A DNA stretch of 63,667 nt, the filler included, from Atractiella rhizophila (taxonomy: Eukaryota), in NCBI GenBank assembly GCA_021432655.1. It is 5 parts of 5 records of this genome, joined end to end, with 100 filler letters (N's around TTAATTAATTAA, not from the genome) between each part and the next. Parts side by side here need not be neighbours in the genome. Positions count along the whole stretch, not along the records: positions 1 to 24,364 come from MU271793.1; 4 more parts are not named here. One strand, written 5' to 3'. The notes under the pieces are model-generated. The model worked only from the letters and a program-made list of their open reading frames with translations, did no database searches and had not been told where the DNA came from. Both the position numbers and the translations under genes were made by a program. Shown piece by piece: positions 1 through 16,286 of this stretch. Position 1 is the first letter of the stretch. Each line of letters starts with the position of its first letter.

Positions 1-111
1 AGCTGCTCTCAGCGTAGCCAAATAGCCAAACCCATCTTATTCGAGCTTGATCCTTCCAACATTTGCAGTTGTTTGCGCTGAAAGATCCTCTGTGTCATGG
101 ATTTAGCCTTA

Positions 112-666
112 GGGGCAATACGATTTTGGGGCATGGCAGAACATAAGGTATTGCCATGGCAGATGGCAATACGAATGGCAGAAGGGCAGAACGCTAAATT
201 GCAGTTTCAGAGGATTGTAGGCATATCTAGCAGTCAGGCAATATCATTTATTTCAAAGAAGCATATAATAAAGGGATTCCCACGGCCCAAATGGTCGATT
301 GAGACGGGCACACACTTGCTCACGACATCTGATCCTGAATCTTCCTCTCTTCGAACGATCAGAAAGCTGCAGGAATGCGGAACACAGAAGATGACCCTCC
401 TTCACTCCTTGAGAAGCGCTCTTCGTTGTGAGTGGATACTCTTGTTTTGGCATTCTCGATTCGAAAAGAACAACACGAGACAAAACAATTACAATAAAAA
501 TAGAGCACCTCAAAAGAATTCAAAGTTAAGCTCAAATTAAGCTCCCAAAACGGCATGGCAGCTAACTGATGTGGCCGCCTGCCTGGCAGAACAATGGCAG
601 AACAAAAAAGTCGCTGTGGCAGAACGTTGGCAATACCTTAATGGCAGAACGGTAAGGTATTACCCC
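112..666. mobile_element. MITE-like non-autonomous DNA transposon remnant
   Basis: Imperfect terminal inverted repeat GGGGCAATAC (112-121) / GTATTACCCC (657-666), 9/10 match. Perfect 13-bp subterminal inverted repeat TAAGGTATTGCCA (144-156) / TGGCAATACCTTA (628-640). TGGCAG(A) motifs cluster at both ends. No TSD found. Confidence 0.55.
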
Positions 667-876
667 GCACGCTACATGGATTCACGCAAGCGTTTAGCTG
701 ATCCAACGGCAGCTGCTCTGGCCGGACGGATGGTGGTTGGGTCTAAACGACCACGAACCACCAAGTAAGTATCTTGTTTTGTGAAGGAAAATGCGCTAAA
801 TCTAGCCTAAAGAGCTTGTGAACAATGCACGTATGAACTTGATTATTGACTTGTATCCCAACCAACTGATGGATAC

Positions 877-2878
877 GTGAACAGGTCGAAAGCAGAAAGC
901 CCGCTGCGAACCGAGTCCATCAACATCTCTCGGTTGCCACAGATGCTCCGTTCTAAGCATCCCCTGCTCCTTCGTAATCGGCCCACCGTCAGAATCTCCA
1001 CTCCACCCTGCGTACAGTGGGACGCAGCAGTCTACAGCGACTTCTATACCCTTCAGTTCAGGCCCTCGTTCGCCAACGCCATCGATAACGCCCCAATCCG
1101 AACGAGTTTTGACCGACACATTCCACTTCAAGCATGCATTCGCGAACTTATTTTCTACTGAATCTTCGGAAGTGGACGAAAGGACTGTGGACTCTATGGA
1201 TTATGGAGATTTATGGTCATTCTTGGATACGGTTTTGAGAAACTTCGAGAAGGGGATTGAGAATCTCCCCAAAGCTGAATTGCACCTTCCTGTCCGAAGT
1301 CAATTCTTGGACCAGACCAAGGCACAGGAACTGAGGCAGATGTATTCCTTCTAACATAAAATTGTTCCATAATGACTTGGATTGACAATAGCTACGATCA
1401 GTCATATTCCAAATGACACCTTTGGTCGATGCCCCTGCAACCCAATCCCTTTCTTACTTCTGTCATACAGCTGACAGCATCGGAGCATACTCTATGGGCG
1501 GACCCAGCCATCACGTCAAATCTGCAGGCAACTGTAAATCAGCACGTATTCCGAGCTCTGAGTGCAAATGTCGATCTCTGGAGTGAAAAAGACGTCCTCG
1601 ACACTATCAGGGTATTATTTTTGCGACTATCTGATAAAAGAAGTGAAAGGGGTCACAGGCATTTGAAGTCCTTGCACAGTGGGTACCGATCTCTTCGACC
1701 GATGAGCACTCGGGATTACCAGATGCGTCCATGTTTCGAAATACAGCCATTAAACTGTGTCGACAAATAGGGCTCGACAAGTTGGAGATCGACGCTGAAC
1801 ACTTCTCGGAGAAAGTGCTTCTGGTTTGTGCCAATTATGATCCTTTGTATTCAGCTCAGCGTCTTCAACAGTGGAGCAGTGTTTATCTGGCTCATGGATA
1901 CAACCAGGTTTTCCGTGGGCGTGGTGAAAATACCAAGGATACCAACTCCCTCGAAGCGTTGGTTTCTGCAACAGAATTGCCTTTTGAAGTTCGATATACT
2001 CTCCTCCTACAGCTTGGCTTCATAAGAACAGCTTTTCGAGCGCTGAACTTTTTGGACGACACTCCCATCCATGTCTCTGCAGCGTCGATAGATCATGTTG
2101 CGAAGTCGACGATGCGGTTTATGGGCGACTTCGTTGAGATTGAGTCCAAACTAGAATTGCTATCAGGTGTGCTCTTTCCTCTTTTTTTAGTGCACTGTGA
2201 CCAATGGCGGACTCAGCCGCTGTTGGCACCAACAAACCCTATGTCGACTCAATACAGGTGCTACACCGAGCATGTCAAGCAGGCGTCTTGCTCAACATGC
2301 TTATGTGATTGCGGCACCTGCCAGCGTATCTTTCCCGCCAAAGGGAGAAATGGTCAGCGGAAGAGCGTGCCATCGCTGCAAGGTCGGGAGGGTTCTTACC
2401 GTTGTCAGCACGCCGTCATAACTAATCTTCGTTCAGCCTTATGGACCTCCTTATTTTGCCAGGTCGCACCGTCGTCAAGAATATTGAATGGGTGGTGGTG
2501 CATGCCACGCACTTAAATTGGTTCAGCAGGTATTGAATGTCCTCCCCGACTGAAGACCACTCATTCCTAAGGGACAGTATGCCGGACACTGTCGTCAACT
2601 GGATATCCTTCTGCGCATCTTTCCCAGTTCGGGTGCTTCATCTTTTAGAAGAAAGCGAGAAAAGAGAGCAGGTAGAGTTGTCAACTGTCCTGCTCTCAGT
2701 CATCGACCAGCTGGCGGAGCGATTTCAGTCTGCAGCATCCTCAACACGTCCCCATCACTTGCTGGCTCGACAGTCACTTCTCATGCAAGGCCTTATCAAA
2801 GTCGCTCGATCGAAAATAGATGTAACAGCGCAGAAAAGGATGGATGAGACGGAAACGCTGGACATGGCTATCACTTAA
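877..2878 (+). CDS. Multi-exon hypothetical protein with a Cys/His cluster; boundaries approximate
   Basis: Chain of + strand ORFs (877-1161, 1109-1354, 1429-1770, 1731-2516, 2537-2878) with plausible short introns. Contains CSTCLCDCGTC...YRCQH. No family recognised. Confidence 0.45.
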
Positions 2879-3823
2879 GAAGAGCTTCGAAGTATTTGCC
2901 GACATCTAAATAGTTATAGTCAGCGCCGTTCCAACACCGCCTCCTTCGTGAGTATAGCCGCGAACTGTCGCCTTTTAATCCACCACGTCGGGAACTGCAC
3001 GTGATGTTGCTCGGGAATCACGCAGGGTAAGAAGGCGTAATACTAGCAGTCCGGTCGTAAGGTTGACAACGAATCTAGTTAGGAGCTGAACGTTCGAAAC
3101 AGTCACGGGAAAGGTCGAACACTAGTTCTAAACTTGTCGCGGCGTTTCCTGTTGCAAACGAACTGAAGGGTGTAGCCCCCTCACTGGTCCCTATCGGTGC
3201 TTAGTAAACTTTCCTGCAGCTACCCTTTGTAGGAACGACAAAAGTCGGGCTTACCCTCCGGCTTGTTACACCCTCAAGTCGACAGACGCACAGTAAGATG
3301 ATTGTCTTATAGTCCGGCAGTTGAGAAAGAGTAGGTACAGACAGACTTTGGATAAAGTGAACTGCTGGTAGCGATAGTAGCGAAGTTTTAGCGGTGCCAT
3401 GATCCTCCACTTTCAATACGAAGATGTCTTGAAGCTTGAATCGACCCTACTGAATAAGGGCGAGTACGTTTTCTACCTCTGCTATCTTACGAGACTAGTT
3501 GCAAAGACTAGCGAGAGTTGTACAATTAATCGATAACCCACTAGTCGAACTACAAATGTCATCTCGGCGTACAAAACATTCGTGATTGTAAGAACGATTT
3601 CCGGTTTGTAATGAAAATGTGCGCCGACCACCCCAGGACGAGACTGTATTTTCAGCGACGTCCGTTTTTTCGTAGGTCGGTTAGCTTCGAAGGCATTCGA
3701 AGTGATCGCTTCAGTCTGTATCTTAACCGGACCAACCGTCACCTACCACTTCATACTCAACAAGGAACGCTCCCGTTGAGAACCGGCCCGAGCAGCATGT
3801 CCGTCTACGGTTGTTAAAAGGCG

Positions 3824-4807
3824 NNNNNNNNNNNNNNNNNNNNNNNNNNNNNNNNNNNNNNNNNNNNNNNNNNNNNNNNNNNNNNNNNNNNNNNNNNNNN
3901 NNNNNNNNNNNNNNNNNNNNNNNNNNNNNNNNNNNNNNNNNNNNNNNNNNNNNNNNNNNNNNNNNNNNNNNNNNNNNNNNNNNNNNNNNNNNNNNNNNNN
4001 NNNNNNNNNNNNNNNNNNNNNNNNNNNNNNNNNNNNNNNNNNNNNNNNNNNNNNNNNNNNNNNNNNNNNNNNNNNNNNNNNNNNNNNNNNNNNNNNNNNN
4101 NNNNNNNNNNNNNNNNNNNNNNNNNNNNNNNNNNNNNNNNNNNNNNNNNNNNNNNNNNNNNNNNNNNNNNNNNNNNNNNNNNNNNNNNNNNNNNNNNNNN
4201 NNNNNNNNNNNNNNNNNNNNNNNNNNNNNNNNNNNNNNNNNNNNNNNNNNNNNNNNNNNNNNNNNNNNNNNNNNNNNNNNNNNNNNNNNNNNNNNNNNNN
4301 NNNNNNNNNNNNNNNNNNNNNNNNNNNNNNNNNNNNNNNNNNNNNNNNNNNNNNNNNNNNNNNNNNNNNNNNNNNNNNNNNNNNNNNNNNNNNNNNNNNN
4401 NNNNNNNNNNNNNNNNNNNNNNNNNNNNNNNNNNNNNNNNNNNNNNNNNNNNNNNNNNNNNNNNNNNNNNNNNNNNNNNNNNNNNNNNNNNNNNNNNNNN
4501 NNNNNNNNNNNNNNNNNNNNNNNNNNNNNNNNNNNNNNNNNNNNNNNNNNNNNNNNNNNNNNNNNNNNNNNNNNNNNNNNNNNNNNNNNNNNNNNNNNNN
4601 NNNNNNNNNNNNNNNNNNNNNNNNNNNNNNNNNNNNNNNNNNNNNNNNNNNNNNNNNNNNNNNNNNNNNNNNNNNNNNNNNNNNNNNNNNNNNNNNNNNN
4701 NNNNNNNNNNNNNNNNNNNNNNNNNNNNNNNNNNNNNNNNNNNNNNNNNNNNNNNNNNNNNNNNNNNNNNNNNNNNNNNNNNNNNNNNNNNNNNNNNNNN
4801 NNNNNNN
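3824..4807. other. Assembly gap (N run)
   Basis: Run of N. Confidence 0.99.
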
Positions 4808-4809
4808 TA

Positions 4810-8646
<3,837 letters not shown>

Positions 8647-8968
8647 TGTTTACGACTTACGATTCTAGTGGTGTGGGTGGAAGTTGGATTGGAGTATTCA
8701 ACTGTCATCGACTTGCATTGTTCCACATCAGTAGGGCTGTTCACCGTCCCGTCCGTCGAATTTTTGAGCTGAGGCGGGAGCGGGGCGGCTGGACCCGTCA
8801 CCGTCGCCGTACCGCATTGATCACCAACTTCCTTTGACGCTGACGGAGCGGCTGACGGTCCAAGACGGGTTGTTGACGGACGGGTCAACGGTGTAGAAGA
8901 CATAATATTATTGTGTTGCTGTAAAATATATCAAAAAACAGAGAACAAAGCTTTGTAACCCAAAGCTC

Positions 8969-9184
8969 CTAGTCACCTTGGACAGATGCTGAAGATGGCT
9001 CAAAAAGCCAGGACCATTTCCCATCCTTCTTCCTATCAAGCATCCACCAAGAGCGTAGCAGCATCAGCTTTCGGATTGTCTCAGCCTTGAGAGAAGCACG
9101 GCGAAGTGAGATCACATCTCTGCCCGAAGAGAACACCTGCTCCACCGCTACCGCTGATGCTAGTTGTGGATTGACTCGTAGCAA
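8969..9184 (-). pseudogene. hAT transposase C-terminal dimerisation-domain fragment
   Basis: ASAVAVEQVFSSGRDVISLRRASLKAETIRKLMLLRSW matches the hAT C-terminal ERxFS...RR.SL..ETI..LM pattern. The rest of the transposase is not seen. Confidence 0.85.
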
Positions 9185-9612
9185 AACTTGATCGTCGCTT
9201 TCCCTCGGGTTACACCACCAGTTTTCTACATGTTGTACAGTGCATCAGTATCTTGTTGCCAGCACAGCAGAGAAAATCAAGCATACCTTCTGCTTCCCAT
9301 CCGCATTGGGCTCTTTGTCAGTTGACGAATCTTCTTGATCCGTAAAACACCTGCAACCACATTCACTCAGTTGGCTGACTCAAACGAGGAATAGAGGACT
9401 CACATCTTCTGCTCGACCCGTCACTCCTTCCCATTTCTTCTTACTATCCCTTTCCTTTTCTCTCTTTCCTCTGACTCCTTGTCTTCCCCTTCCCATCATC
9501 TCCGTTTCGCATCTCTCTAAGAGCATCTGCAGTTGCTCTGTTCATCTCTGCTTCTCCGTCATCACTGCACTCTCCCTCTGGCTCAACGCTCAACCTCTCC
9601 TCCACTTCCGGA

Positions 9613-11385
9613 CGGAAGTAATCCAAGTCTTGTGCATCTTGCACAGGATCCTCCAATTCCCCGGCATCAATGAGGACACACACAAGAGCCGCTCCAACGA
9701 CGTGCAGATGGCAAAGACTGCTCAGAGACAACCGGAAAGCATCCAATTTGACTCCAAAGTAAGGACCAGAGCTTGTTGAAGGATTTGATGCCGGCTGGGC
9801 CCACCAATGTCATCCAATTTGAATCCACTGCTCTTGGTGCCAAACTGGACGAATTCATCATCCTCGTCAAGCAGCTGGTTCTCTTCGGCATTTGTTTTCG
9901 TGATGGTGTTAAGGAGGAGGTTTGTGACGATAGGTACGGTAGCATTTTCATCCTAAGTCACAACGCTGGCTAAGCTCATTAAAATATGAAAACAATGGAA
10001 CTTGCCTTCAGCCTCTCCAAGCTCTTTGCGAGACCTTCTCCTTCCGACAAGAGGTACTTTGTTGCTGCATACCCATTTCTCTTTGCATCTTTCAACAAGC
10101 CTATCACTTTCTCAGTCGCAAAACTTCCATGCGACGAAAGTAAAAAACTTACTTGTTGTGTAATGCAACCTTCTGGTCTCATTGTGTCAGTTGGCTGTCT
10201 CATTTTCATTATTCGTGGCCTCGATGTCTTCTGGTTTCTTCGGACGCGTCACTTTTTTGCATATTGGATTGGTTACTCTGCCTTTTTTTTTGTGGGAAAA
10301 CTCTTGCCATGACTGACTCGCTTTATGCTTGCAAAAACTTAGCAGCCTATCATCTCCTTCTTCCGCTTCTCTCTGAGCATTTCCACTCTGCGAAGTGTTC
10401 ATCATGTTTATCATGCTGCTCTTTGTGTCCTCAACTGCCCTCCTCCCTGAACTGGTTTGCAAGCAGCTAGCAGCACCTCTCCTCCGACGGTTGCGCTTGG
10501 ATTGCGGAAGTAATCCAAGTCTTGTGCATCTTGCACAGGATCCTCCAATTCCCCGGCATCAATGAGGACACACACAAGAGCCGCTCCAACGACGTGCAGA
10601 TGGCAAAGACTGCTCAGAGACAACCGGAAAGCATCCAATTTGACTCCAAAGTAAGGACCAGAGCTTGTTGAAGGATTTGATGCCGGCTGGGCCCACCAAT
10701 GTCATCCAATTTGAATCCACTGCTCTTGGTGCCAAACTGGACGAATTCATCATCCTCGTCAAGCAGCTGGTTCTCTTCGGCATTTGTTTTCGTGATGGTG
10801 TTAAGGAGGAGGTTTGTGACGATAGGTACGGTAGCATTTTCATCCTAAGTCACAACGCTGGCTAAGCTCATTAAAATATGAAAACAATGGAACTTGCCTT
10901 CAGCCTCTCCAAGCTCTTTGCGAGACCTTCTCCTTCCGACAAGAGGTACTTTGTTGCTGCATACCCATTTCTCTTTGCATCTTTCAACAGCCTATCACTT
11001 TCTCAGTCGCAAAACTTCCATGCGACAAAAGTAAAAAACTTACTTGTTGTGCAATGCAACCTTCTGGTCTCATTGTGACAAGGCCGTCCCATTTTCATTA
11101 TTCCTAGCCTCGATGTCAACCGGTTTCTTCGGACGAGCACTTTTGTGAATATTGGATTGGTTATCTGCCATTTTTTGAGTGGGAAACACTTGCCATGACC
11201 AACCCGCTTTATGCAGGAAAAACATAGCAGCCTAACACTCCTTCTTCCGCTTCCTCTGAGCATTTCCACTCTGAGAAGTGTTCATCATAATTATCATGCC
11301 CTCTTTGTGTCCCAACTAACCTCCTCAATGAACTAGTTTGCAAGCAGCTAGCAGCACCGAAAATCAGAAGGTTGCGCTTGGATTG
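9613..11385. repeat. Tandem duplication inside the hAT element: copy A 9613-10504, copy B 10505-11385
   Basis: Identical ORF translations at offset 892 (9667-9951 vs 10559-10843). Both copies start CGGAAGTAATCC and end GGTTGCGCTTGGATTG. Confidence 0.92.
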
Positions 11386-12737
11386 TCTGGAGGACGATGG
11401 AGGGAGAGGTCGAGATTCGTTATGAAGGCGGGAAGCTTTCGTGTAGCTCTGATGAAAGTCCTGAAATTGAGATGACGAGGAGCTGGAGGCTGCGCTAAAG
11501 GACGTCGCAAGGAGAGATCGTGACTACTGTATCAGAACTAACCTGTGAACTGGTGAGAAGCCTTCCTCAAATATTTGGAATATTCCTGAAGTGTGATCTG
11601 AACCACGAACCTTTGACTGCTTCAAGCCCCGGTTAACCCCACAACTAGCCGTCTCACACCGTCTCAGCCGTCTTCAAAAGAGGTTGGTGATTAAGGACGG
11701 CAGGGTGCCGTCCACCAATCCCGTCCGTCGCCTGGAAAGGAAGTGCCAACGGTGGCGGGACGGGTGGCTGAAAAAGCCGTCCGCCCCGCACCGTCAGCCG
11801 TCTCAACGGTGACGTTGAACAGCCCTACACATCAGCAACCCGTTGGGTCGGAATTGCTAGGGGTTACGTATCAAAGTATCAAAGCTGGGAGGGAGCGCCA
11901 TCCGTGTGGGAACGAGGGAAAGCGAGCAGAACACAATATTCTAGAGTGAGTGTCTGCCCTCTCACTATTCCATTCTCAGAGGAATGGCAACGGCAAGTGG
12001 GTAGCTTGATAGAATGATTCATCAATCGGACACATCGAGCTCATCTAATACAAACAAGGAGTGTGCTTTGCATATCCTCACAAGCCAGTGGAAGAGAGAA
12101 GCACAAAATCTGACACATTCACGGTCGCGGTCGCTGTGTCTCACTCAGGTATTCCTTATTGCAGAGCACTGTAGGATGCAAATCCGAACGCATTCAGTCA
12201 AATGTTGATTTCGGGATTTATCAGCGGTTTTTGGGTTCGTAACGTCAACATCGAGGCTGATTCAGATATTTCAATGTCCAAAAAACATCCTCTCTCCAGC
12301 TGCTAGCTGCTAGCTTAACCTTACCTTGATCACAATCCATGCGCAATATGGGACGTTAAGTTGTACAGCTTAATTGAGCACAAGCATCTTAGCGAACTAA
12401 AATACTGTACTGCAAGTGGGACATCAGTCTCAAAATCACAAAGGTATCTCAAAAAAAAAGAAAAAAACAGTACTCTTTTTTTCTCAAATCAGCCCTTTTG
12501 TGGTTGGGGTGATTTGACATCGTGATTTCGCTGATTCGAAGCATTTGGTATTCAAACTGTCCTTGATTATGATCTGATTAAACATAACATCTCGAAATAT
12601 TAACACCCGAGTCGAATTTCGCTCATAGTATCAAAGAGCTTTGTGGATGGTAAGACGTTACGTCCAGTCATATTACCACAATCGCCTCCCTTCAATAACT
12701 GCACAGTCAGGTAGGCTGGCCTGTTTAAAGCTTTGGG

Positions 12738-13301
12738 ATGTTTTTGAGTCCGAAATCGTCAATAAATCGAGAACTTTCTCCGGTCAGAATCGCACCTCCA
12801 ATTGACCACGACATCTGCGTTAAAGTTAGGCCTGTAATGGCAGCTGGCTGGGAGGACATAGTGGAGCGGCTCTCCCCTACCGTGACTTACTATTTTGCGT
12901 TCAAGTTGCTTTCACTTGGAATACAAGTACTGGACGTCAATCTGCGGCATATTCCTGTGACTCGCAGGGACGAGCGTGACCGTCCCAAACGACCGAATCC
13001 AGAGCCGATCTGGATCGGACGGGAGGACGACTCACACTTTGAAACAAAAGAATTTAGCTTTTGTAATGCAAGTAGAAATGGGGCAGCAGAAATTCTGAGA
13101 GTTGCGAAGCGGAGCGCAGAGGATTTCATCCTAAAGGTTCAAAGATGCAGTTCCGCAGCGTTGAGACATATCCATGCCACATCCCTGCTAGAGTTGCAAA
13201 GTGAAGCTAGAGAACTCCGACGGACCTCTACTCCTGAAGTCAGCGTGGGTCTGAATGTCCTGTGTGAGACAACAGATTCGCTACTTTTGCGTCGTTCATG
13301 A
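12738..13301 (+). CDS. Hypothetical 187-aa ORF
   Basis: ATG-initiated open frame only; no recognised domain. Confidence 0.25.
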   Translation: MFLSPKSSINRELSPVRIAPPIDHDICVKVRPVMAAGWEDIVERLSPTVTYYFAFKLLSLGIQVLDVNLRHIPVTRRDERDRPKRPNPEPIWIGREDDSHFETKEFSFCNASRNGAAEILRVAKRSAEDFILKVQRCSSAALRHIHATSLLELQSEARELRRTSTPEVSVGLNVLCETTDSLLLRRS

Positions 13302-13410
13302 TATGCAGGTCTAGGTCTTTAGGGGAGTCGCGTTGAGCAGGTCTTCTGAGCCGCCTTATAAAACCTCTGGTGAGTGCGAATTTTCCAGACACCGATCATC
13401 GAATCGAAAC

Positions 13411-16157
13411 ATGAATTCTCTCCAGGCCATTTACGAAAAAGAAACCAGCAAGCTCACTCAACTTCTGACGGAGTTGGGCAAACTGGGAATCAAGGATGAG
13501 AAGATCCCACTGCCCGGTATCATCGTGGTTGGAAACCAGAGCGCTGGAAAGAGCTCTCTAGTTGAAGCTATCTCCAAAGTACGCCATCCTCTCTTCCTCT
13601 CATAGTCCTCAATATGGTTGAGTAGATATCTTTACCTCGAGATGTGAACACTTGCACTCGATGCCCCATCACGATTTCGATGTCGAATTGTCCTTCAATG
13701 GATACGGTCGAGTACAAGTTCAGCATCCAAATTCGATACGACCGTTCCACCGGTGATGCCCTGACCGCTGCTGAATCTCAGACTGTGGATTTCGGGCAAA
13801 ACAGCCAAGATCCCAGGGCTGTGCCTGAAAGGATTCTTCGCGCGCAAATGTACCTGCGGCATTCGGATCTTTCCATCGATTACTGCCTCGAGACACCACT
13901 GGATACCCTGACGAACAAGTTCAACGACTTGTCGGGGAAGAAACAATTCTCAAAGAACATCATCCACGTCGAAGAGATGGGGCCTTATCTTCCTAACCTT
14001 GTATTCACCGACCTACCGGTGCGTGTGTCGCCAAACAGCATTTGTTTCTACGTTGACCTTTGATTGTAGGGAATAATCAGCAACACTGGGAGCAATTCAT
14101 CCGAGAACACTATTGAGTTGGTGCAGTCTCTCGTTGCTGAGCAGATGAGCGTAGAATCCAACATCATCCTGGTGGCCATGCCAATGACAGGTCCGTTCAT
14201 TCTCCATCCGCTGAACGGAACTGAACCACAGACCCAGATGACATGAACAACCAAGCTGCATTCCGACTTGCCGCTGCCGCTGATCCAGGGGGCAAGAGAA
14301 CAATTGGTCCTTTCTTGTATTATGAATCAGGAGTCTGAGTCTGACTTTCAGTAGGAGTCCTCACTAAGCCAGACTGTGTGAAAAACCCAGCCGAAGCAAA
14401 AGCAAAGGGAAGTCAGCTTTGAGCCAAATGCAGCTGGAACTAATCCTCCAACAGTGGCTACCCGTTTTCAACAACAGCAACAAGGATTTTTCGCTCAAGC
14501 ATGGATATTTCATCACCATGCAACCAGGATACAATCAAGAGAGGACACCAGGTTGGAATCAAAAGGAAAAGTTGTACTTTCAAAACGAGGAGCCATGGAG
14601 CAACCATCATGAGGTTGATCGGATGGGCATCGGATCCCTTGTCACTTACTTGGTCAAGGTACGCATCTCTCAAGCGGACGCAATCAACACCCTAATGCTA
14701 TGTACTAAAGCTTCTCAGCGAACGATTTCGCAAATCGTTTGTCTACTTCTTCACCAGTTATCAAAATGTGATTGAGGTGTCGTTAGCCTTCCAACGATTC
14801 GCCAAATGATAGTCGATCGCCTCAAATCAATCGACCTCGAAACCAGAGCCCTTCCTGTTGAGCCTTCTGGAAATCCGATATACGAACTTCACATGGTATG
14901 CCAGGACTTGGCGAGGCAGTTCAGGAGCCACACACACTGTCATCCAGGAGACGAGGGTTTGGTTCAAAGCATTGACGTGTTCTACAAGCAATTTGAGAGG
15001 CAGATCTCTGGTCACACGCCTTATTTCAGTTTGGCTACCGAATCCGGAGGTAGTACTCCGTCTTCAGAGGTAACAAATGTGGATCTCTTCGTCGGCATTG
15101 GGGAAACGAACCACGATGCCTTCCCTCACTCAGAAAACGGTTATTGGGAGATCATGAATTTACCTGAAGTTAGGAAGCACATTAGATCGTGCGTTTATGG
15201 AACAAAAGAACCAAGCTAACTTGGTATGTCAGGCACAAAGGCCTGGAGCTCCCACTGTCAACGCCATACTCGGCTAAATCGTCTCTGATCCGCAAGTCTA
15301 CCGAGTGTTGGGAAGATTTTGCCCTCGAATGTCTTGATCATGTTCGCGAAAGAGTCGAAGGAATGTTCAGGGTATTGTGCGAGGAGAACACGGCCAAGTT
15401 TTACCAGGACAGGCTGTTTCTACACTGCAGGTTCGTTTCGTTTGTGCTGCGATACTTATGTTCTGATGCGGAATAGTGAAATATTTTCCAAAGCCTCAGA
15501 TCGATTTTTCCTATCTACTCGAGAAACGCTCTTGGATCAAGTCTCTATGGACTTCACCCCCTTCACCCAGAATTTCGATTATTTCGTCCAGACGAGAACT
15601 GAACTTTATCGAACAATGCAAGGCATTCGAGCTCCGGTCAGAAACATACCTCAATTCTCTGACAAGGATCCACAAATCCGTGCAGCTCTTAGTGCGCTAG
15701 CATTGATTGGATGCCACGGCATCAGCGTGGACAAACTTCCTGCACTCTTCGGTCCTGATGACTACGATGAAGAGCTTGTCGTTATAGCCGATGTTTTGTC
15801 GTACTTCAAGGTTGGCATCATTTCTCCCAAAAGTGGCTTTTCTTATGATGCCCTCTTCAGGTGTCGTATAAAGTCGGTCATACATAAGCTTTGCTGCTCT
15901 CTTTTCTGACCTAACGGGCTCAGTCCATCATCGACATTGTGCCGAAAACCATCACTCAGAAATACCTACGAGAACTCGGGGAGGCGATGAATAGTGCTCT
16001 GATGAAAGAGTGCACGCCAGATCCAGATAACGGAAACTATGAAGAGTTGAAAGCCCTCGTAGCTGAGGACCCAGAAGTCACGCTAAAGAGGAAAGAACTC
16101 AAGGCGTCTAAAGAGAAGTTGGAGTCTGCTCAAGCGGAATTGAGAAAGTACACTTGA
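13411..16157 (+). CDS. Dynamin-superfamily GTPase (Mx/Vps1-like, divergent), multi-exon
   Basis: G1 GNQSAGKSS, G2 TCTRCP, G3 DLPG (split by an intron), G4 TKPD, stalk RHKGLELP, C-terminal GED-like EDPEVTLKRKELK. TATAAAA near 13357. Confidence 0.9.
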
Positions 16158-16286
16158 AATAGTTGCATGTGGATGTCCGAAATTATGTACGAGGCTGGCA
16201 AAGGTGAAAAAAATTCAATTGAAGTTAACGCCACTCGAAGATCTCAATAATTTATCCCAATCAACGACAAAAGCTGGTTTTCACAA

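Larger units (their letters stand above)
8732..11827 (-). mobile_element. Non-autonomous, internally rearranged hAT-family DNA transposon, 3096 bp
   Basis: TIRs TAGGGCTGTTCACCGTC / GACGTTGAACAGCCCTA (16/17 match). Perfect 8-bp TSD CACATCAG at 8724-8731 and 11828-11835. CCGTC/GACGG subterminal repeats at both ends. hAT dimerisation-domain remnant inside. Confidence 0.93.

Noticed and set aside
3280..3520. Group I intron-like words (TATAGTCC, GAGACTAG)
   Set aside because: R- and S-like elements are in the wrong order on both strands and no P/Q elements were found.
12200..12610. Weak inverted similarity around an A/T tract suggesting another MITE
   Set aside because: Match is short and gapped, with no defined termini or TSD.
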